From a virus (taxonomy: Duplodnaviria > Caudoviricetes), in the IMG/VR virus record IMGVR_UViG_3300037296_000154, positions 1 through 25,397 of that record: a stretch of 25,397 nt of DNA; one strand, given 5' to 3'. Below are positions 14,986 to 23,781 of this stretch, piece by piece. The position numbers and the translations under genes were made by a program. The notes beneath the pieces are model-generated. The model searched no databases and was not told the DNA's origin. It worked only from the letters and a program-made list of their open reading frames with translations. The stretch's first letter is position 1; every line of letters starts with the position of its first letter.

Positions 14986-17284
14986 CGTCGTCCTCGCCAT
15001 CATCAAATGCTGTACTGGTTTCTTTTGCTTGATATACAAAAGGCGCGGCGTATTTTTCACGCTTATGCAGTTCAACTATTTCAGCTAATTGCTCAAGTGC
15101 CTGTTTTGCGGTGTCGATGTCCATTTCTTGCAGCCATTGATCAACATCGGTTAACCCATCAACCACCCGCCACGCTTGTTGGCGCAACACTTGGGTGTTG
15201 GCTTTGGTACTAGCGCGGGTATAAGCATCAAACTGAGAATTAAGTGCAGGATCATCCCAATCACTATGGGCTTGATGTGCATTGGGTGGTCTGCGACTCA
15301 CCAGTAACATGCCCTGGCGAATATAAATAAACTGCTCTTTACCATTAACAACCGAATTAATAATAGAACCCGCGCGTAGGCGTTTAAGGTCGTGATTATC
15401 TAACCCTAACTTTTTGCCCTCGGTTATTAAAATCCGATCACTATTTGGGGTTTTAATCGACTGCGTACAGTTATTGTCAGAACTCCAAGGTGCGCGGCTG
15501 TCGCCGCTTTTAGAATCAAGATCACAAGACAAATCAAAAGCCACATCAAAAGCCCGTTCATCTGCACTCTGCACATGTACATCGGCCTGCGGCTTGCGGA
15601 TTTCCCAGCCGTCTAAACGAGTATTAATAGTGGTGTGATTTTCTTGAGACAGTATGCCCATGATTTTTGATACCTCTTCACCATAAACATTGGTGGTTTC
15701 TTGAATGGCTTTAGCCAGTTGCACCGGTCTGTCAGCACGTTTACAAAACGTACCGCCCATCACTTCAACATAGCGTGCCCAATTACTGCCATCTGCTGCG
15801 CTGCGGGCACGTTCAACCACGTCGTCAAAATCAATGGCCTCACGTAAACGGCGCAGTTCACGCCACACGGTTACTGATGGACCACCAATTTGTTGAAACT
15901 GGCGAATGTTCCAAGTGCTAGACCACGCCGCGACATTACGCGCGCCTTGCTTGCCGCTGGTTTCTGCTTCGTGATCATCGTCTACCATGTGGCCGTCAAT
16001 GTTTTTAGCAATGTATTTAGCGATGTAACCTGTGGCACTGCCTTTGGCTGGGTCAATGGTTTTAAAATCAAAACGAGGTTTGTAACCTTGGTGGCGTGGG
16101 CTTTTTTTACCTTTGGCTGGGGCTAAATCATGTTTGTCATGCTCAAGTGCATATTTGCGCATAATTGAACGGGCGAGGCGTAATTGTTCCGGTTTAAAAA
16201 ACAATAATAAATGCCAGTGTGGTGTGCCGTCGTGATGTGGTTCAACTACCCGAAAACCAAACACTTCAATGTTTTCACGGGCCATTTTGCTGCGACACTT
16301 TGCCCACTGGTGGCACAAATACGCTTGGGTTTCTTTTGGATTAGCGCCATCGTATTTTTTATTAGAATACGTTGGGCCTTTAATGCTTTTTTTCCAGCTA
16401 TGAAAACGGCTAGGTGATGTCCATGTGTAGAACTCACCCACAAAACCTTGCTCTATGGCGAGGTCTTCAAATCCTCGCATCCTTACCATTAATTCAGCGC
16501 GGCGCACTTCTGGGTTGGCAACTGATGCTGCAACCGCATCGGCTAACGACAGTTCTAATCCGTGTTCATCATTGACTACTCGCATTTCATTCAGCCATGC
16601 GGCTGCGGCTTGTTTGCGTTGCTGCCATTCTTTAAAGGCGTGGTTGCTTACATAAGGCGATACGCCGCTACGCACTTTACCGATGATAATCGCCGCATGT
16701 TCTTGATAATGTAAATAGGCTTTATTGAGTTTGCGCAGCCACCAGTTTTCATCTGTTAACCTGGCAATGGCACCTGCAATTAGGTTGTACATGGCTGGCG
16801 CTTCATCAAAAACACCTTGGGCTTTTTTGTCTTCGTAATGATTAAAGTCTGGCAGTGCAGGACAAAAGCCCCATTGATCAGCTGGTAGTTTGATGGCTAA
16901 TAACAGTTCAAGCGCATCAATCTGTTTATTACCGAAGTCGGTCATGTTGTTTAATGTGGTGGTGCAACGGTCTGCCCATTCGGTAGCAATCACCTGGCGA
17001 CGATCTTCGGTGTTAATATGAAATATAGGGATAGGGAATTGATTGATAATTTCAGTTAATGATTTAACGCGTTTGCGCAACCAAATGTTTGCACTGCGGC
17101 CTGTGTTCAAGGCGCGACGTTTATAGCAATACGTGGCGAACAAACTCACCGCGATGTGTTCGGGTAAGTCGGCCACTTTTTTAGCCGACCACTTCAAATC
17201 AACTTGCGAATGATAAGTGGTAAAAAAAGCTGACGTATCGACGCCAGCTTTGCGGGTTAGGTCTTCTTGGCTAATCACAAGCAA
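14972..17284 (-). CDS. Rolling-circle replication endonuclease, P2 gpA family
   Basis: NPEVRRAELMVRMRGFE, TSPSRFH, GFRVVEPHHDGTPHWHLLLF (HUH), GYIAKYIAKNIDG (YxxxY), IRQFQQIGGPSVTVWRELRR, APWSSDNNCT. Confidence 0.96.
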   Translation of the reverse strand: MLVISQEDLTRKAGVDTSAFFTTYHSQVDLKWSAKKVADLPEHIAVSLFATYCYKRRALNTGRSANIWLRKRVKSLTEIINQFPIPIFHINTEDRRQVIATEWADRCTTTLNNMTDFGNKQIDALELLLAIKLPADQWGFCPALPDFNHYEDKKAQGVFDEAPAMYNLIAGAIARLTDENWWLRKLNKAYLHYQEHAAIIIGKVRSGVSPYVSNHAFKEWQQRKQAAAAWLNEMRVVNDEHGLELSLADAVAASVANPEVRRAELMVRMRGFEDLAIEQGFVGEFYTWTSPSRFHSWKKSIKGPTYSNKKYDGANPKETQAYLCHQWAKCRSKMARENIEVFGFRVVEPHHDGTPHWHLLLFFKPEQLRLARSIMRKYALEHDKHDLAPAKGKKSPRHQGYKPRFDFKTIDPAKGSATGYIAKYIAKNIDGHMVDDDHEAETSGKQGARNVAAWSSTWNIRQFQQIGGPSVTVWRELRRLREAIDFDDVVERARSAADGSNWARYVEVMGGTFCKRADRPVQLAKAIQETTNVYGEEVSKIMGILSQENHTTINTRLDGWEIRKPQADVHVQSADERAFDVAFDLSCDLDSKSGDSRAPWSSDNNCTQSIKTPNSDRILITEGKKLGLDNHDLKRLRAGSIINSVVNGKEQFIYIRQGMLLVSRRPPNAHQAHSDWDDPALNSQFDAYTRASTKANTQVLRQQAWRVVDGLTDVDQWLQEMDIDTAKQALEQLAEIVELHKREKYAAPFVYQAKETSTAFDDGEDDDADF

Positions 17285-17535
17285 TCGACCTTAACGTGAG
17301 CTTTTAGTTTATGGGTATAACGGCGAATACCTTTTGCAAGATTAATAAGGCCATTGCCCATTGCTTGCCAATAAAGGCATTCTAATGCGCCAACATGCTT
17401 GGCTAATGCAAACTCATTTGTGCGTTTTTGCCAAGCCAGTGAACAGGTAGAGTTTATAAGTAATGTTTGTCCTACTACGTTTTTTGTTCCACGAAAATGA
17501 GCTAGCAGATGTTTAAAAGCGGCGGGCTGTTTCAT
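17275..17535 (-). CDS. Hypothetical early phage protein
   Basis: ATGA-coupled start MKQPAAFKHLL at 17535 with GGTGG SD; overlaps gene A start. Confidence 0.6.
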   Translation of the reverse strand: MKQPAAFKHLLAHFRGTKNVVGQTLLINSTCSLAWQKRTNEFALAKHVGALECLYWQAMGNGLINLAKGIRRYTHKLKAHVKVDCL

Positions 17536-18083
17536 AGGCCACCTAACTTGGTAATTTCGCGTTGCAATCCTCTGGCTAATAGTCCCCACTCAAGTGCATC
17601 GACTTTAAAGAAATGACCATCGTCTTCATCACCAATATAAAAACTTGAGTTCATAGCAGCTTTAGAGCGTTGCATTTCGCGCAGTGCAAATTCACGAATA
17701 AAATCTAAATTCACCGGCTTCATTTTTTGAATGGCTGTGTAGTGGTTAAACTCTTCGCGAGTCATCCATACTAAATCTTGTTGTGGCGCCGAATCCTTTA
17801 ATTGCTGTATTTCTTTTTCTAACTTCGCGTTTTGACGAGACAACCATCTAATGCGGTCTTTTGCCGCTGTTAAATAAACAATGGGCGCCTTTATTTCACC
17901 TGAAAAGCGACTTGCTATAGGGAGTGCATTGTCTCCGTGAAGAAAAACGGCGTTAGCCATTTCATCGTCGGTTAACTCACCAAGAACAAGATCACCGCGC
18001 TCACACTGATATTGATTACCATGAGGGTCTTTTTCGCCTTTAAATTCCCACTTTGAACGTGGCGTTTTAATGTGCTGTGTCAT
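17532..18083 (-). CDS. Hypothetical early protein; C-terminal domain paralogous to the neighbouring ORF
   Basis: 183 aa, translationally coupled; contains LVWMTREEF. Confidence 0.7.
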   Translation of the reverse strand: MTQHIKTPRSKWEFKGEKDPHGNQYQCERGDLVLGELTDDEMANAVFLHGDNALPIASRFSGEIKAPIVYLTAAKDRIRWLSRQNAKLEKEIQQLKDSAPQQDLVWMTREEFNHYTAIQKMKPVNLDFIREFALREMQRSKAAMNSSFYIGDEDDGHFFKVDALEWGLLARGLQREITKLGGL

Positions 18084-18517
18084 GCTTCACCCCGCAAGCT
18101 AATTTCATTTATGCAAGCAGTAGATAACCCATTCCATCTCAAATAATCTAGATTAAGGCGGTTGTAGCTTTTATATATGTCATTAATTAAAAAGTCGGCC
18201 ATTGCATCGTCTTTAGATGCATTAGCTTTGGCGGCTGCGAAGTTCATCAAATCTTTTAAACTTGTAACTGACATTTCTTGCAACGCTAAACTGTTGCTGA
18301 ACTCTTCTCGAGTCATCCACACAAGGTTTTTGCTAGGATGTGAGAACCACTTTTCCTCAGCCTCTTCAAATATATTGTTAATACATGACTGCAACGTTTG
18401 GTTCATTTCTTTGGCATTTGTAGGTTCGCCAGGCTGTTCAAGCCCTGAAAAAAAATCACTTAACTCTGATTGAACTAACAGTTGAACTTGTTTTATTGCT
18501 GAATGTTGAATGCTCAT
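18080..18517 (-). CDS. Hypothetical early protein; C-terminal domain paralogous to 17532..18083
   Basis: 145 aa, translationally coupled; contains LVWMTREEF. Confidence 0.7.
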   Translation of the reverse strand: MSIQHSAIKQVQLLVQSELSDFFSGLEQPGEPTNAKEMNQTLQSCINNIFEEAEEKWFSHPSKNLVWMTREEFSNSLALQEMSVTSLKDLMNFAAAKANASKDDAMADFLINDIYKSYNRLNLDYLRWNGLSTACINEISLRGEA

Positions 18518-18696
18518 AGCGCCCCCATTTCTTGCAGACTTAGCCCCATTTCTCTGGCTAATTTAATGTCTTCAATTTTTCGTAAGCTGGTGCAACGTTT
18601 TTTAGACTCTGCGCTACGTTCGCGCTTAGTTGCTGCGGTTGGGCGATTATGAGTGCGGTTAAATAATCGCAGGCTTTCTGGCATATAACGGCTCAT
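18514..18696 (-). CDS. Small basic early protein
   Basis: 60 aa, ATGA overlaps on both sides; RKIEDIKLAREMGL ending. Confidence 0.65.
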   Translation of the reverse strand: MSRYMPESLRLFNRTHNRPTAATKRERSAESKKRCTSLRKIEDIKLAREMGLSLQEMGAL

Positions 18697-18947
18697 GCGA
18701 CTTTCTCCACTGGGCGGCTAATACGCAGTTTTTCTTCTGCAACACTGGCAAAAAATTCCGCATCGGCTTGAGTGAAGTCCTGTACCTCAATGGCATTAAC
18801 AGTGCGAGTGATTCCCCAGCCGTTATAGTCATGTGGTTTATATACTGTTTCTGTTTGAGGTTTATCAAAACCAAATTTTGTAAAGCTTTCTGATACCGTA
18901 ACCACACCGAACTCAGTGTCGAAATATTGGTTTATTTTTAAACTCAT
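18693..18947 (-). CDS. Hypothetical early protein
   Basis: Start MSLKINQYF at 18947 with GGAGG SD and ATGA overlap. Confidence 0.65.
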   Translation of the reverse strand: MSLKINQYFDTEFGVVTVSESFTKFGFDKPQTETVYKPHDYNGWGITRTVNAIEVQDFTQADAEFFASVAEEKLRISRPVEKVA

Positions 18948-19219
18948 GCTGCCACCTCCAACAAACATTCTTGCTGGGCATAAAGCGCACAAGACAATTC
19001 AAAACATAATGTGTGCAGCGTGTGATCAACCAATACATACAGCGCAACTTTTTCAAGGCCTTGCGCCATACCCTCATAACGTTTCATGGTGTTAAAAGAG
19101 CGACAATTGAATGCCAGCGTGTGTCGGCTGTAAATATCAGTCATTAATTTGCGCATAGCTAAATGCTGTGGATTAGTTAAATCGAATTGAACTGGTGTAA
19201 CCGTTGTAAAATGAGCCAT
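18944..19219 (-). CDS. Hypothetical early protein
   Basis: Start MAHFTT at 19219 after GGGG(TG) SD; ends ...LEVAA in typical phage operon coupling. Confidence 0.6.
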   Translation of the reverse strand: MAHFTTVTPVQFDLTNPQHLAMRKLMTDIYSRHTLAFNCRSFNTMKRYEGMAQGLEKVALYVLVDHTLHTLCFELSCALYAQQECLLEVAA

Positions 19220-19221
19220 AG

Positions 19222-19464
19222 TTATGCACCCCATTGAATTTGGTTGACCTGAATGTTGTTGCGAATAGCAACTAAGCGGATGTTGAGCGTTCGGGCTAAA
19301 TCAGGGGCCATAGGTTCGGCAACGGCTTTTAGTGACTCAAGTACAGACTCAACCGCAGTGCGATCAGCTGGATTGGGTAACTGTAGTGTGCGTATAACGC
19401 GATTAGCTTCTGCTGCAATTGCTTGCGCAAAAGGATTAGATGCTGGTATGCTTGATTTCATCAT
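19222..19464 (-). CDS. Hypothetical early protein
   Basis: Start MMKSSIP at 19464 with GGAG SD; helical sequence. Confidence 0.6.
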   Translation of the reverse strand: MMKSSIPASNPFAQAIAAEANRVIRTLQLPNPADRTAVESVLESLKAVAEPMAPDLARTLNIRLVAIRNNIQVNQIQWGA

Positions 19465-19497
19465 CTTGTAATCTCCAAAAATTACCGATTTGATACG

Positions 19498-19530
19498 AGC
19501 CACGACTGTTTCAGCAGTTGTGGCTTTTTT
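19498..19530 (+). terminator. Hairpin with T-tract on the plus strand (antisense to the early operon)
   Basis: AGCCAC-g-ACTG-tttcag-CAGT-t-GTGGCT followed by TTTTT. Confidence 0.5.
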
Positions 19531-19534
19531 GTGT

Positions 19535-20029
19535 CTAGTGTTCAGTGCTATTTCCATGTTCTAACTCACTCATTAATGTTTGTGCTTGTTGGCTAATTTG
19601 GCTCAACGCATCATCAATAGGCGTAGACTGGCTGGCCGTTGCGGTGTTTGGGGTTTTCGTGTTTGTCGACAGTGCGGTTTGACGTGGCGAAATAAACTGT
19701 TCACGGCTTAATGGCATGTTGCAAAATGCACGGCCTAAATCCGTTAAAGCAATTAACGACTGTCGAACGGCTTCACGTTCAGTAGTCGACAAACTCAATA
19801 GTGGGCGGTGAATGTATTCACTCGGTTTCAGTCGTGCAGCAAAAAACACTAATGCTTTTTGTTGTGAGCTCAATTTGTCGAACTGGCTTGCGGCACTGGT
19901 TTTACCTAGCATTTGGCGCATGGCTGCAATAGCACTGCGGCCAACATCGCCATGAGGCTCGTTTGCTGCGGGTATTGCGCGGTTATCAATTTGCGGTAAT
20001 GGCTGTTTTCTGGCTAAAGACATCATCAT
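19535..20029 (-). CDS. Early protein, possibly P2 gpB/DUF5347-like
   Basis: After cII; ALVFFAARL...LSTTEREAVRQSLIAL pattern is recalled from this family; weak call. Confidence 0.45.
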   Translation of the reverse strand: MMMSLARKQPLPQIDNRAIPAANEPHGDVGRSAIAAMRQMLGKTSAASQFDKLSSQQKALVFFAARLKPSEYIHRPLLSLSTTEREAVRQSLIALTDLGRAFCNMPLSREQFISPRQTALSTNTKTPNTATASQSTPIDDALSQISQQAQTLMSELEHGNSTEH

Positions 20030-20035
20030 TTCCTC

Positions 20036-20566
20036 TTACATAAAGCCCGGTGTGGGCATCACATCAAATGCAACTGACAAAACAGGTATTGCTTGAAACT
20101 TCTGTTCAACGTCGTGCATAAATATCGCTAATTCGGTCATTACATAACTCGCTCTTTTTATTGCTTCATTACGCATCGTTGCAGTTACTTTGCGCTGCGC
20201 TTTGGCATCTAATGCCAATGCGCCCAGTTGCGCGGCGTTCGCATTAATATCAAGTGCGCGATCGGTTAATGTCATCTTGTTGGCATCTGCAAAATCATCA
20301 GTGCAAACGGATGGCATACAGTTCAAATCCAATAACACCCCATCAATAATGCAGCGGTTTCCGCTGGCTTTAGCGATAGCGACTAACTCATGCACCGTGA
20401 GTTGGTGCGGTTGTTCGGGTAATAATTTATTGCGTAAAACCTGACTGCTTTTCATCCCTGCTTCACTTGCAACGTCTTTCATCACTTCATCCGTAGCAAA
20501 CTGGCGCATGGCGCCGACGACGTGTGGCTGTGATGCAAATTGTGTACTGCTCAATTGCGTATACAT
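20036..20566 (-). CDS. cII: Phage regulatory protein CII (186/HP1-type)
   Basis: VASEAGMKSSQVLRNKLLPEQPHQLTVHEL motif; follows cox; AAGGA SD before ATG 20566. Confidence 0.88.
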   Translation of the reverse strand: MYTQLSSTQFASQPHVVGAMRQFATDEVMKDVASEAGMKSSQVLRNKLLPEQPHQLTVHELVAIAKASGNRCIIDGVLLDLNCMPSVCTDDFADANKMTLTDRALDINANAAQLGALALDAKAQRKVTATMRNEAIKRASYVMTELAIFMHDVEQKFQAIPVLSVAFDVMPTPGFM

Positions 20567-20625
20567 TTCGCTAAAATCCTTTTCTGCTAACATTCAAATG
20601 ACAAACAATCACTCAAATGACAAGG

Positions 20626-20850
20626 CTAGGCCTTTTGGTATGGATACTCGGCGGCAAACTGGCCGTCAGCTTCTTTGATTAGGGCCAACATATTGATGAA
20701 TGGCTTCTCTTGTGGGCGGGTTTTAACGCGGATTGGCAAGCGACCTTCACGCGCTAGATTACGCACTGTGGCAACGGGAATACCCGCTAGACGGGCGTAC
20801 TCTTCATATGACACGAAAGGGGCGGCAATTTGAAATGCAGATGAACTCAT
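20626..20850 (-). CDS. cox: Cox/Apl-type excisionase-repressor
   Basis: APFVSYEEYARLAGIPVATVRNLAREGRLPI...PFINMLAL; first lytic gene, divergent from cI; AAGGA SD. Confidence 0.85.
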   Translation of the reverse strand: MSSSAFQIAAPFVSYEEYARLAGIPVATVRNLAREGRLPIRVKTRPQEKPFINMLALIKEADGQFAAEYPYQKA

Positions 20851-20946
20851 TTGGTGGTATCCTTTTATTTAATTGTGTTCAGTATCATTTCGCTGTGGCG
20901 GCTGGTTGATACTGAATATTTTGCTAACGAGTGGATTGTTGATCAT

Positions 20947-21633
20947 ATGAGTGGATACGTCAAGTATAAACATGACAAATTGTTTGAAAATCTAAGCAAG
21001 CCGTTAAATTGCGATGGTGGGAAAGTCTTAATAGAAAGATTAATCAGTCTTTTTGAAGTGAGAAATCGTGTCGAATTGAGTGACTTAATAGGTGTAACGC
21101 CTGCAACCCTTTCCACTTGGACAACTAGAGATACAACCTCACACGAGTTGTTGATCAGGATTCATCTGTTAACTGGCTGGCCGTTGGAATACCTGTGTTT
21201 TGGGGTTGGTGACCTGTCTAAAATAAAGGGCAAAACAATTACGCACTTTTCTGAACAGGTGAATCGAGTGGCTGAACCTACGTTAGCGTATAACCGCGGC
21301 GTACTTCAGGTTTACACCATCGATAACGGCCATTTGGCGCCCTATGAAAAAATTGAAGCCACCAGTAATTTAATTAATCACTTTCAGCCCAAAGGCCATA
21401 AAGATTGTGTGGTGGTTAAACAGCATGAAAACCTGTTGTTTATCGATACAACTCAAAACCAAGCCAACCAAGGACAATATTTATTTAAAGTAAATGAAGC
21501 CCATCAAATTGGTGAATTTAAGTTATTACCCGACGGTAAAATATATCTACTAGAAGATGGTGAACGCTACCCAGTTGACCCAAGCGTCACCCAAATAGTC
21601 GGCAAAGTGGTATCTGTTTTACAAAAATCTTAA
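20947..21633 (+). CDS. cI: CI immunity repressor (186/HP1-type, HTH + C-terminal oligomerisation domain)
   Basis: GGKVLIERLI...RVELSDLIGVTPATLSTWTTR...LTGWPLEYLCFGVG and C-terminal IVGKVVSVL; true start uncertain (20947 ATG or 20980 TTG). Confidence 0.88.
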   Translation: MSGYVKYKHDKLFENLSKPLNCDGGKVLIERLISLFEVRNRVELSDLIGVTPATLSTWTTRDTTSHELLIRIHLLTGWPLEYLCFGVGDLSKIKGKTITHFSEQVNRVAEPTLAYNRGVLQVYTIDNGHLAPYEKIEATSNLINHFQPKGHKDCVVVKQHENLLFIDTTQNQANQGQYLFKVNEAHQIGEFKLLPDGKIYLLEDGERYPVDPSVTQIVGKVVSVLQKS

Positions 21634-21657
21634 TAAATTAAAAACAAGGAAGTTTAT

Positions 21658-22587
21658 ATGTCCGTGGAAAGCGCTGTTGTTATTTGGCAAGGTAAGACTA
21701 AAGACATTGAATTTAGCTATACCGATTTTAAAGGCAATAAATCCCGAAGAAATATAACTGTAAACAAAGTGCTATTTGATGAAGATAGTGAAAACTTTTA
21801 TATCAATGGTATTTGCAAGGAACGCCAAGCAGAAAGAGACTTTAAAGAAAGTAATATTTCTACCATGATCAAAGTTGGCTCTAACAGGTATGACTTTCAA
21901 GAGTGGATGATTACATTAAATGTTGATACTTCTGAATGGTTAGATAAAAGCAATAATATAGCTAACAGCGAACATGTAGATGTTCCCAAAGAAAAAATAA
22001 GCTTTGCGGCTAAAATTGAAGATCATAACCGTAAACAGCAAATCAAACTTGATGAACTAAAAGCAAGTAAACCAAATACGAATATGTTTTTGAAAGTGCT
22101 ATTTTGGGTTGGTGTATTTATTGCCCCTTATATATTCGCGTGGTTTACATTGCGTAAAGGTAATTCAACTAAATCAAAAGTTATTGCGTTCGGATGGTTA
22201 GCTTTCTTTGCCATTGCTTATCTCAGTTCCCCTGAAAAAAATCCGGATGATGTAACGGCTAAAATAGGTGATAAAAAAGAGATAGAATGCAAGCAAACCC
22301 TGACGTGCTTGGCAGAAAAGCACATTATTTATGCTGGGGCTATTTGCCAATCACCTATTGAACGTTTATCTAAATATACTTACGAATGGACTGACGGTTT
22401 TGCTACGCCTCGCTTTAGTCATTACCGCTGGGTGAATCAGTCAAACGGCATTATCACTTATATCGGTGACCAAATAAAAATGCAAAATGGTTTTGGTGCG
22501 TGGTCCCATTACACCTATGAATGTGATTTCGATACGATAAATAAGACTGTTGTTGATGTTCGTGCAACGCAAGGCAGGATTCAATAA
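21658..22587 (+). CDS. WYL-like domain + 2 TM helices + Cys-containing C-terminal domain
   Basis: IEFSYTDFKGNKSRRNITV...YINGICKERQAERDFKESNI (WYL pattern); hydrophobic FLKVLFWVGVFIAPYIFAWFTL and VIAFGWLAFFAIAYL; C-terminal C..C..C..QNGFGAW..YECD; AAGGA SD. Confidence 0.7.
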   Translation: MSVESAVVIWQGKTKDIEFSYTDFKGNKSRRNITVNKVLFDEDSENFYINGICKERQAERDFKESNISTMIKVGSNRYDFQEWMITLNVDTSEWLDKSNNIANSEHVDVPKEKISFAAKIEDHNRKQQIKLDELKASKPNTNMFLKVLFWVGVFIAPYIFAWFTLRKGNSTKSKVIAFGWLAFFAIAYLSSPEKNPDDVTAKIGDKKEIECKQTLTCLAEKHIIYAGAICQSPIERLSKYTYEWTDGFATPRFSHYRWVNQSNGIITYIGDQIKMQNGFGAWSHYTYECDFDTINKTVVDVRATQGRIQ

Positions 22588-22652
22588 TTTAAATGTCAAT
22601 TACAAACACCAAAAACGCATATCCTGTATTTTTATAGTAGAGATGTAACCAA

Positions 22653-23234
22653 TTGAGCATAGAAACCCTATTTTCATCAAAAATCATAGTTCCAATTGTC
22701 GTCGCGTTTATTGGCTTTTTAGTCGCAGTAACGACAGCCGTCATCGCAAAAGAACACAAAATATCTGAATTTAGGCAAAAATGGATTGATGATATAAGGT
22801 CTGATTTAGCTATTGCTCTACAAAGTTCATACGACTGTTTATATGAACTTCATAATCCATCGACCATAGAGAGTGTTGAGAAATATAATGTATCTTATAG
22901 AGAGTTAGAATTTAGGTGTAACTTAATAATAATCAAGCTTAACCGTAAAAAAGACGCTGTATTTATTGAGCTAATTAGAACACTTCTTAAAGAGCTTTTT
23001 GTGGTTTCCCAAGATACTACAGATCTAAATAGGCAAAGCTGCCAACAAACAGCTACACAGTTTCAGAAAATGAGTCATGACCTCTTAAAGAATGAGTGGG
23101 AAAGAGTAAAAAAAGGGGAAAAACATTTTCTGATATTTAGAAGTTTTGGCGAGTTATGCTTATTTGCATTTGTCACAGCTTTCTTGATCATACTTGCAGT
23201 ATCTAAGTTCCCTGAATACTTTCTTATTACATAG
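22653..23234 (+). CDS. Hypothetical membrane protein (N- and C-terminal TM helices)
   Basis: IIVPIVVAFIGFLVAVTTAVI, then KEHKISEFRQKWIDDIR, and LLKNEWERVKKGE before a C-terminal TM; AT-rich. Confidence 0.7.
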   Translation: MSIETLFSSKIIVPIVVAFIGFLVAVTTAVIAKEHKISEFRQKWIDDIRSDLAIALQSSYDCLYELHNPSTIESVEKYNVSYRELEFRCNLIIIKLNRKKDAVFIELIRTLLKELFVVSQDTTDLNRQSCQQTATQFQKMSHDLLKNEWERVKKGEKHFLIFRSFGELCLFAFVTAFLIILAVSKFPEYFLIT

Positions 23235-23260
23235 ACAACTTGATTGTTGGAGTACGAAAA

Positions 23261-23686
23261 TTGCCAATAAGTTATTCACCCAAAGTTGGACAAATCTTGA
23301 TGTGTGATTTCACAACTGGATTTATCGAGCCTGAAATGGTAAAAAAACGTCCCGTCATTATATTAGCAACAAGACCTAACGGTCATAAACTGGTTACCGC
23401 GGTTTGTTTGAGCACTGTCAGACCTGAACCACAGCAACCTCACCACATGATTTTAGATCAAGCTCACCTACCTAAATTAAAGTTTTTCGAATCAGGTAAG
23501 GAAACTTGGGTAAAAGGAGATATGATTTACTCTGTTAGTTTTGACAGGCTTGAGCTTATTTCGATGGGAAGAGCTGGCGGTAAGCGAGTTTATTTTATTA
23601 ACCGCCTTAGCCGAGAAACAATGAGGGAGGTATATAGTTGTGCTCTCAATGGTTTAAACCTCGGAAAATTAAGTCAGCACCTTTAA
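23261..23686 (+). CDS. PemK/MazF-family endoribonuclease toxin-like protein (orphan)
   Basis: PKVGQILMCDFTTGFIEPEMVKKRPVIIL...LVTAVCLST...WVKGDMIYSVSFDRL; TTG 23261 with GGAG SD (track start 23240). Confidence 0.85.
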   Translation: MPISYSPKVGQILMCDFTTGFIEPEMVKKRPVIILATRPNGHKLVTAVCLSTVRPEPQQPHHMILDQAHLPKLKFFESGKETWVKGDMIYSVSFDRLELISMGRAGGKRVYFINRLSRETMREVYSCALNGLNLGKLSQHL

Positions 23687-23747
23687 TATGTTATTGGTAC
23701 ATATACGCACAATACGACACAATGTCGCACCTTATAACTTTTTAATC

Positions 23748-23775
23748 TTGCGTATAGGCAAGATTTTGTTAAGAT
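23748..23775 (+). promoter_or_regulatory. Sigma70-type promoter
   Basis: TTGCGT (23748-23753), 16-nt spacer, extended -10 TG-T-TAAGAT (23770-23775). Confidence 0.65.
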
Positions 23776-23781
23776 GGTCCT

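Noticed and set aside
20851-20946. N-terminal hydrophobic extension of CI given in the ORF track
   Set aside because: It abuts the cox start and occupies the switch/promoter region; CI similarity begins later
22653-23234. Type II antitoxin (MazE/PemI) for the downstream toxin
   Set aside because: Too long, membrane-anchored, with no AbrB/RHH domain or acidic tail; not formally excluded without experiment
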